Shown: positions 44,542 through 47,981 of the stretch, one piece after another
How the letters are laid out: every line of letters starts with the position of its first letter
Numbering within the stretch: the first letter of the stretch is position 1
Virus record (IMG/VR): IMGVR_UViG_3300022468_000772
Coordinates: 150,224-198,204 of that record
From: a virus
Lineage: Duplodnaviria > Heunggongvirae > Uroviricota > Caudoviricetes
DNA: 47,981 nucleotides
Strand: one strand, 5' to 3'
The notes under the pieces: generated by a model
What the model saw: the letters and a program-made list of their open reading frames with translations, nothing else
What the model was told of the DNA's origin: nothing
Database searches by the model: none
Made by a program: the position numbers and the translations under genes

Positions 44542-44743
44542 AATTATATACAGAGAAACTGCAACTGGCCCAATTCCATCCACAACTACAGTTAAAAACG
44601 CAATGTTGACTAACGTAGAAATGGATGGAAACATTCGTTCTATTGTGTCTGATTTATCAACTAAAGCATCCACAACAGCGCTTAATGCAGGAGTTCAAGC
44701 TGCTGCTGATTCTGCTATTGCCATGGCTATTGCCCTTGGTTGA
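44534..44743 (+). CDS. small hypothetical structural protein
   Basis: 69 aa; LTNVEMDGNI and AIAMAIALG patterns of tail-fibre-associated proteins. Confidence 0.65.
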   Translation: MAEIIYRETATGPIPSTTTVKNAMLTNVEMDGNIRSIVSDLSTKASTTALNAGVQAAADSAIAMAIALG

Positions 44744-44753
44744 AAGATAATAT

Positions 44754-45158
44754 ATGGCTTCTTTATCAATTTCTCATATCAATAATGTAACTACATTATC
44801 ACATTCTGCTACAGATGTTGCAAAGTTTGCGGCAGGAACAACTCTGTGTATTTCACAGACATTAACTGATGGTGCAACTATCAATTGGAATACTGCACTT
44901 GGTCAAGTTGCTACTGTCACTTTGGGCGGAACTCGCACAGTTGCTGCACCAACCAATTTGATCCCAAATGCTTTCTATTCAATTGAAGTTTTACAAGATG
45001 CTATTGGTGGGCGCACATTGTCTTGGAATAGTATTTTCAAGTGGAATGCAGGTGCTGCACCAACATTGAGTACAGGTGCAAATGCGCGTGATTATTTCAC
45101 TTTCAGGTCAGACGGAACAAACTTATATGAACAAGGACGTTCACAGGGGGTTGCATGA
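44754..45158 (+). CDS. tail-fibre-associated structural protein
   Basis: TLTDGATINW, VLQDAIGGRTLSW, APTLSTGANARD. Confidence 0.7.
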   Translation: MASLSISHINNVTTLSHSATDVAKFAAGTTLCISQTLTDGATINWNTALGQVATVTLGGTRTVAAPTNLIPNAFYSIEVLQDAIGGRTLSWNSIFKWNAGAAPTLSTGANARDYFTFRSDGTNLYEQGRSQGVA

Positions 45159-47981
45159 TTATTCCTTCTGGTATTGGAAAAACAAATTATCAAATTCCTA
45201 GAAGTCTGAGATTTCGCGGATCAGCAACTGCTTATCTTAGCCGTACACCAACAACTAGCACAAGTTATCAAAAAGGTACTATTGCATTTTGGGTCAAGCG
45301 TGGTAATTTAACTTCAACAAACCGTGTACATATATACCAATCAAGTTATAACGTTTCACCATATCGCAGCAATGTTATTTGCTTTGAACCAACAACGGGT
45401 GAATTGGCTTGGCGATTTGAGTATCAAATAAGCGCCGGAAGTGGATGGAACACATCAATTGGTTTGACAACAAACGCAGTTTTTCGTGATACTTCTGCGT
45501 GGATGCATATTGTTTGTTCATGGGATACAACTCAAACATTAGCCAGTAATCGTGCAAAAATATGGATTAATGGTATCCAAGTAACGTCATTCAAAACTGA
45601 AATATACCCTGTTCTAAATGAGAATCTTCTTGTTGATACCAATGGGTATACCAACTTTATTGGTGATACCAATGGCAAGGGTGTGTTCACTCAGGGGACA
45701 CCATTCGATGGGTATCTTGCAGAATATTACAGAGTAGACGGACAAGCATTAGATGTTAGTTTATTTGGTGAATTTGATTCTATTTCTGGACAATGGGTTG
45801 CAAAGCCATATACAGGCACATATGGCGCAAATGGATTTTACTTGCCATTTTCAGATACATCAAGTGTTGCGGCATTAGGATACGATAAAAAGCCAAATGT
45901 TGCTTCAGCATATACATTTACTGACACTTTCGACACATTTACTGGTTGGGTAGTGACACAGAATTCCAACACATCTGGCGCAACTGCGGGTGTTTCTGGC
46001 GGTTCACTTGTTGCAACTTCTTATGGTACAGGCTCTGGCTGGCATGGTGCTACTGTATCCAAAACTTTACCAAATATTGGTGATTTTGATATCACATTCA
46101 ACAATGTTGTTGTTGGTAATACATCTGGTGATATACATGGTCTTTATATGATGCTTTATACCTCTGATGGCACAACTATCACATGGGGTTTTGAGGATGC
46201 TTGGAGTGATGATAATTCTGATACATTGGTGAATTCTTATGTCACTGTAAATGGCACAAAAGTTACCAGTGCAGTGATGCAATCATTCTCTGGTGATGTG
46301 AGACTTGTGAGAAGTGGGACATCATTATCATATTATCGTGGTGGAACATTTATTGGCACATATACTTGTAACAATTTGGCTCTTACAAGTATGTCTATTG
46401 TTTTTGATAACTATGCTGCAGCACCAGTACCAACTCAAAGTCTTGGTGGTGTGAGTATTTCTGGAACTCAGAATACAGGAGTAACACTCAATAACTGGAC
46501 ACCAAACAATATTAGTTTGGCAGTGACTAATGCATACAATTTGCCTGGGTATGACGTAATTAATGGGTCTGGTATGTTTGGAACATCATTACCACCTGTT
46601 GGTAATGGCACAAACTCTTTACATTTTCCAAGATCAAATACAACATATACATTCAATACAACTTTCACAGCCAATTCTAAAATTGAATTGTATTGTTATA
46701 CTGATAATTCGGCAAATACAAACCCATGTACTGTAACTGCCAATGGTGGTACTGCAAAAACAGTTCCTTCAAGCGCATCATCATATAATTGGGTAAAAGT
46801 TGATTTGGGTGTAACGAGTTTAACATCTATCACTGTAAGTAATTCAAGTTGGCCCGGCACAGATTTTTGGGTTGCTGGATTGATTATTGATGATGTTTAT
46901 GTAGCACAAAAATACTTTTCATCTACCACATATGATAGTATGCTTGATGCACCACTCGGTGGTGGAGGTTCTGAGCGTGGAAACTATGTGGTTTTGAATG
47001 CGCTTGATACAGCAACAACAATGACCATAAGTAATGCTGCTCTACGCGCTACAACTGCATATAATGCACAGCAGTTTGCTAAGACCATACCATTACCTAC
47101 AGGAAAATGGTATGCCGAATTTTCATATGAAAATATCTTTAGTGATACTGTTAATTATGTGGGTGCTGTTGCCTCCGGTGGCACTACTTTGACTCGTTTC
47201 TACTCATCAAGTGGTCAGCAATATAACGGTTCAGCGTGGAATACTTACGGTAGCGCATGGGCATATCCAAATACTATTGGTATTGCTGCGGATACGATAG
47301 CTGGCACGATTGAGTTTTTCCGTGACGGTATATCACAGGGTCAGTTATCCTTTGGTACTGGCGATATTTACCTATTTGTATCAGCTTATATTTCTGGTGG
47401 GTTGGCATATGTTGATGCCAACTTTGGTCAGCGACCTTTCAAGTACACTCCACCCACCGGTTTTAAACCTATACATACTGGTAATTTTCCTAACCCTACA
47501 ATTGCAAAGCCAAATAAACATTTTGATGTGCTTGCATACGTCGGAAATGGTGGGGCGCAGGCTGTCACTGGACTCGCATTCCAGCCAGATTTTGTATGGA
47601 TGAAAAACCGCAGTGCAGCGGCATCGCATCTGCTAAGTGACGCGGTTAGAGGCGGCGGGTTTGGCCTATCGTCAGATGCTACTGCCGCAGAATCCGCTAG
47701 TGGTTGGGTTTCGTCATTCAATTCAAACGGATGGACGTTGAATGTTGGTGGTAATGCGCAAGTAAACGCCAACGGCAATGCATACGCCGGGTGGTCGTGG
47801 AAAGCTGGCGGCGCTGCCGCCACCAACAACGCTGGCTCTATTTCATCACAGGTTTCTGCAAACCAGACTGCAGGGTTTAGTATTGTCACTTACACAGGAA
47901 CTGGTGCAAATGCTACTGTCGGACATGGGCTGGGTGTGGCTCCGAAGATGGTGATAACCCGTAACCGTGGGGCTGCGGGGC
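45155..47981 (+). CDS. tail fibre / receptor-binding protein (LamG-like + SPRY-like + C-terminal repeat domain), truncated by window end (not in ORF track)
   Basis: ATG at 45155 (ATGA overlap), same frame at the window end; RSLRF..AYLSRTP, WMHIVCSWDT, GKWYAEF, QPDFVWMKNRS, GFSIVTYTGTGANATVGHGLGVAP. Confidence 0.85.
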   Translation, partial: MIIPSGIGKTNYQIPRSLRFRGSATAYLSRTPTTSTSYQKGTIAFWVKRGNLTSTNRVHIYQSSYNVSPYRSNVICFEPTTGELAWRFEYQISAGSGWNTSIGLTTNAVFRDTSAWMHIVCSWDTTQTLASNRAKIWINGIQVTSFKTEIYPVLNENLLVDTNGYTNFIGDTNGKGVFTQGTPFDGYLAEYYRVDGQALDVSLFGEFDSISGQWVAKPYTGTYGANGFYLPFSDTSSVAALGYDKKPNVASAYTFTDTFDTFTGWVVTQNSNTSGATAGVSGGSLVATSYGTGSGWHGATVSKTLPNIGDFDITFNNVVVGNTSGDIHGLYMMLYTSDGTTITWGFEDAWSDDNSDTLVNSYVTVNGTKVTSAVMQSFSGDVRLVRSGTSLSYYRGGTFIGTYTCNNLALTSMSIVFDNYAAAPVPTQSLGGVSISGTQNTGVTLNNWTPNNISLAVTNAYNLPGYDVINGSGMFGTSLPPVGNGTNSLHFPRSNTTYTFNTTFTANSKIELYCYTDNSANTNPCTVTANGGTAKTVPSSASSYNWVKVDLGVTSLTSITVSNSSWPGTDFWVAGLIIDDVYVAQKYFSSTTYDSMLDAPLGGGGSERGNYVVLNALDTATTMTISNAALRATTAYNAQQFAKTIPLPTGKWYAEFSYENIFSDTVNYVGAVASGGTTLTRFYSSSGQQYNGSAWNTYGSAWAYPNTIGIAADTIAGTIEFFRDGISQGQLSFGTGDIYLFVSAYISGGLAYVDANFGQRPFKYTPPTGFKPIHTGNFPNPTIAKPNKHFDVLAYVGNGGAQAVTGLAFQPDFVWMKNRSAAASHLLSDAVRGGGFGLSSDATAAESASGWVSSFNSNGWTLNVGGNAQVNANGNAYAGWSWKAGGAAATNNAGSISSQVSANQTAGFSIVTYTGTGANATVGHGLGVAPKMVITRNRGAAG

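Noticed and set aside
45155-47981. Tail fibre as a possible diversity-generating retroelement target
   Set aside because: No reverse transcriptase or TR/VR pair visible in this window
1-47981. Alternative genetic code (stop-codon reassignment), tRNA genes, CRISPR arrays
   Set aside because: Core genes are full length in the standard code and end in TAA, TGA or TAG; no cloverleaf or repeat-spacer array was seen in the few intergenic gaps

Overview
Fragment of a large T4-like (Tevenvirinae/Straboviridae-type) myovirus genome, standard genetic code, no tRNAs or CRISPR seen. Bases 1-27.8 kb are read on the minus strand. They hold an accessory block (ADP-ribosylglycohydrolase, Pol-beta-like nucleotidyltransferase, RNA ligase 1, NAMPT + NMNAT-Nudix NAD+ salvage pair, a ribosomal bL12-CTD-like protein, a TAGT/GREB1-like glycosyltransferase with small partner, SprT protease, many small ORFs), the replication/transcription core (gp52, gp39, gp59, gp33, RNase H, gp46, gp47, gp55), a ~580-bp non-coding gap, and gp4/gp51/gp26/gp54. 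From 27.8 kb the plus strand carries the baseplate/tail module (gp48, gp53, gp27-like hub, gp5, gp25, gp6, gp7, gp8, a split VrlC/DUF4815 protein) and a tail-fibre gene that runs off the window. The most interesting signals are not in the ORF track: (1) a promoter-driven, hairpin-dense ~465-nt candidate ncRNA between gp4 and gp55 with mutually competing long helices at its 3' end; (2) a textbook H-type pseudoknot in the nadV leader plus a near-identical 25-nt leader shared by both NAD+ genes; (3) a U_UUU_UUC slippery site that would fuse gp26 to a start-less gp51 by -1 frameshifting, like lambda G/GT; (4) an RNase H gene that can only be intact if it starts at a non-canonical AUC/AUU codon. 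All functional calls come from motif recognition by eye, not database searches.
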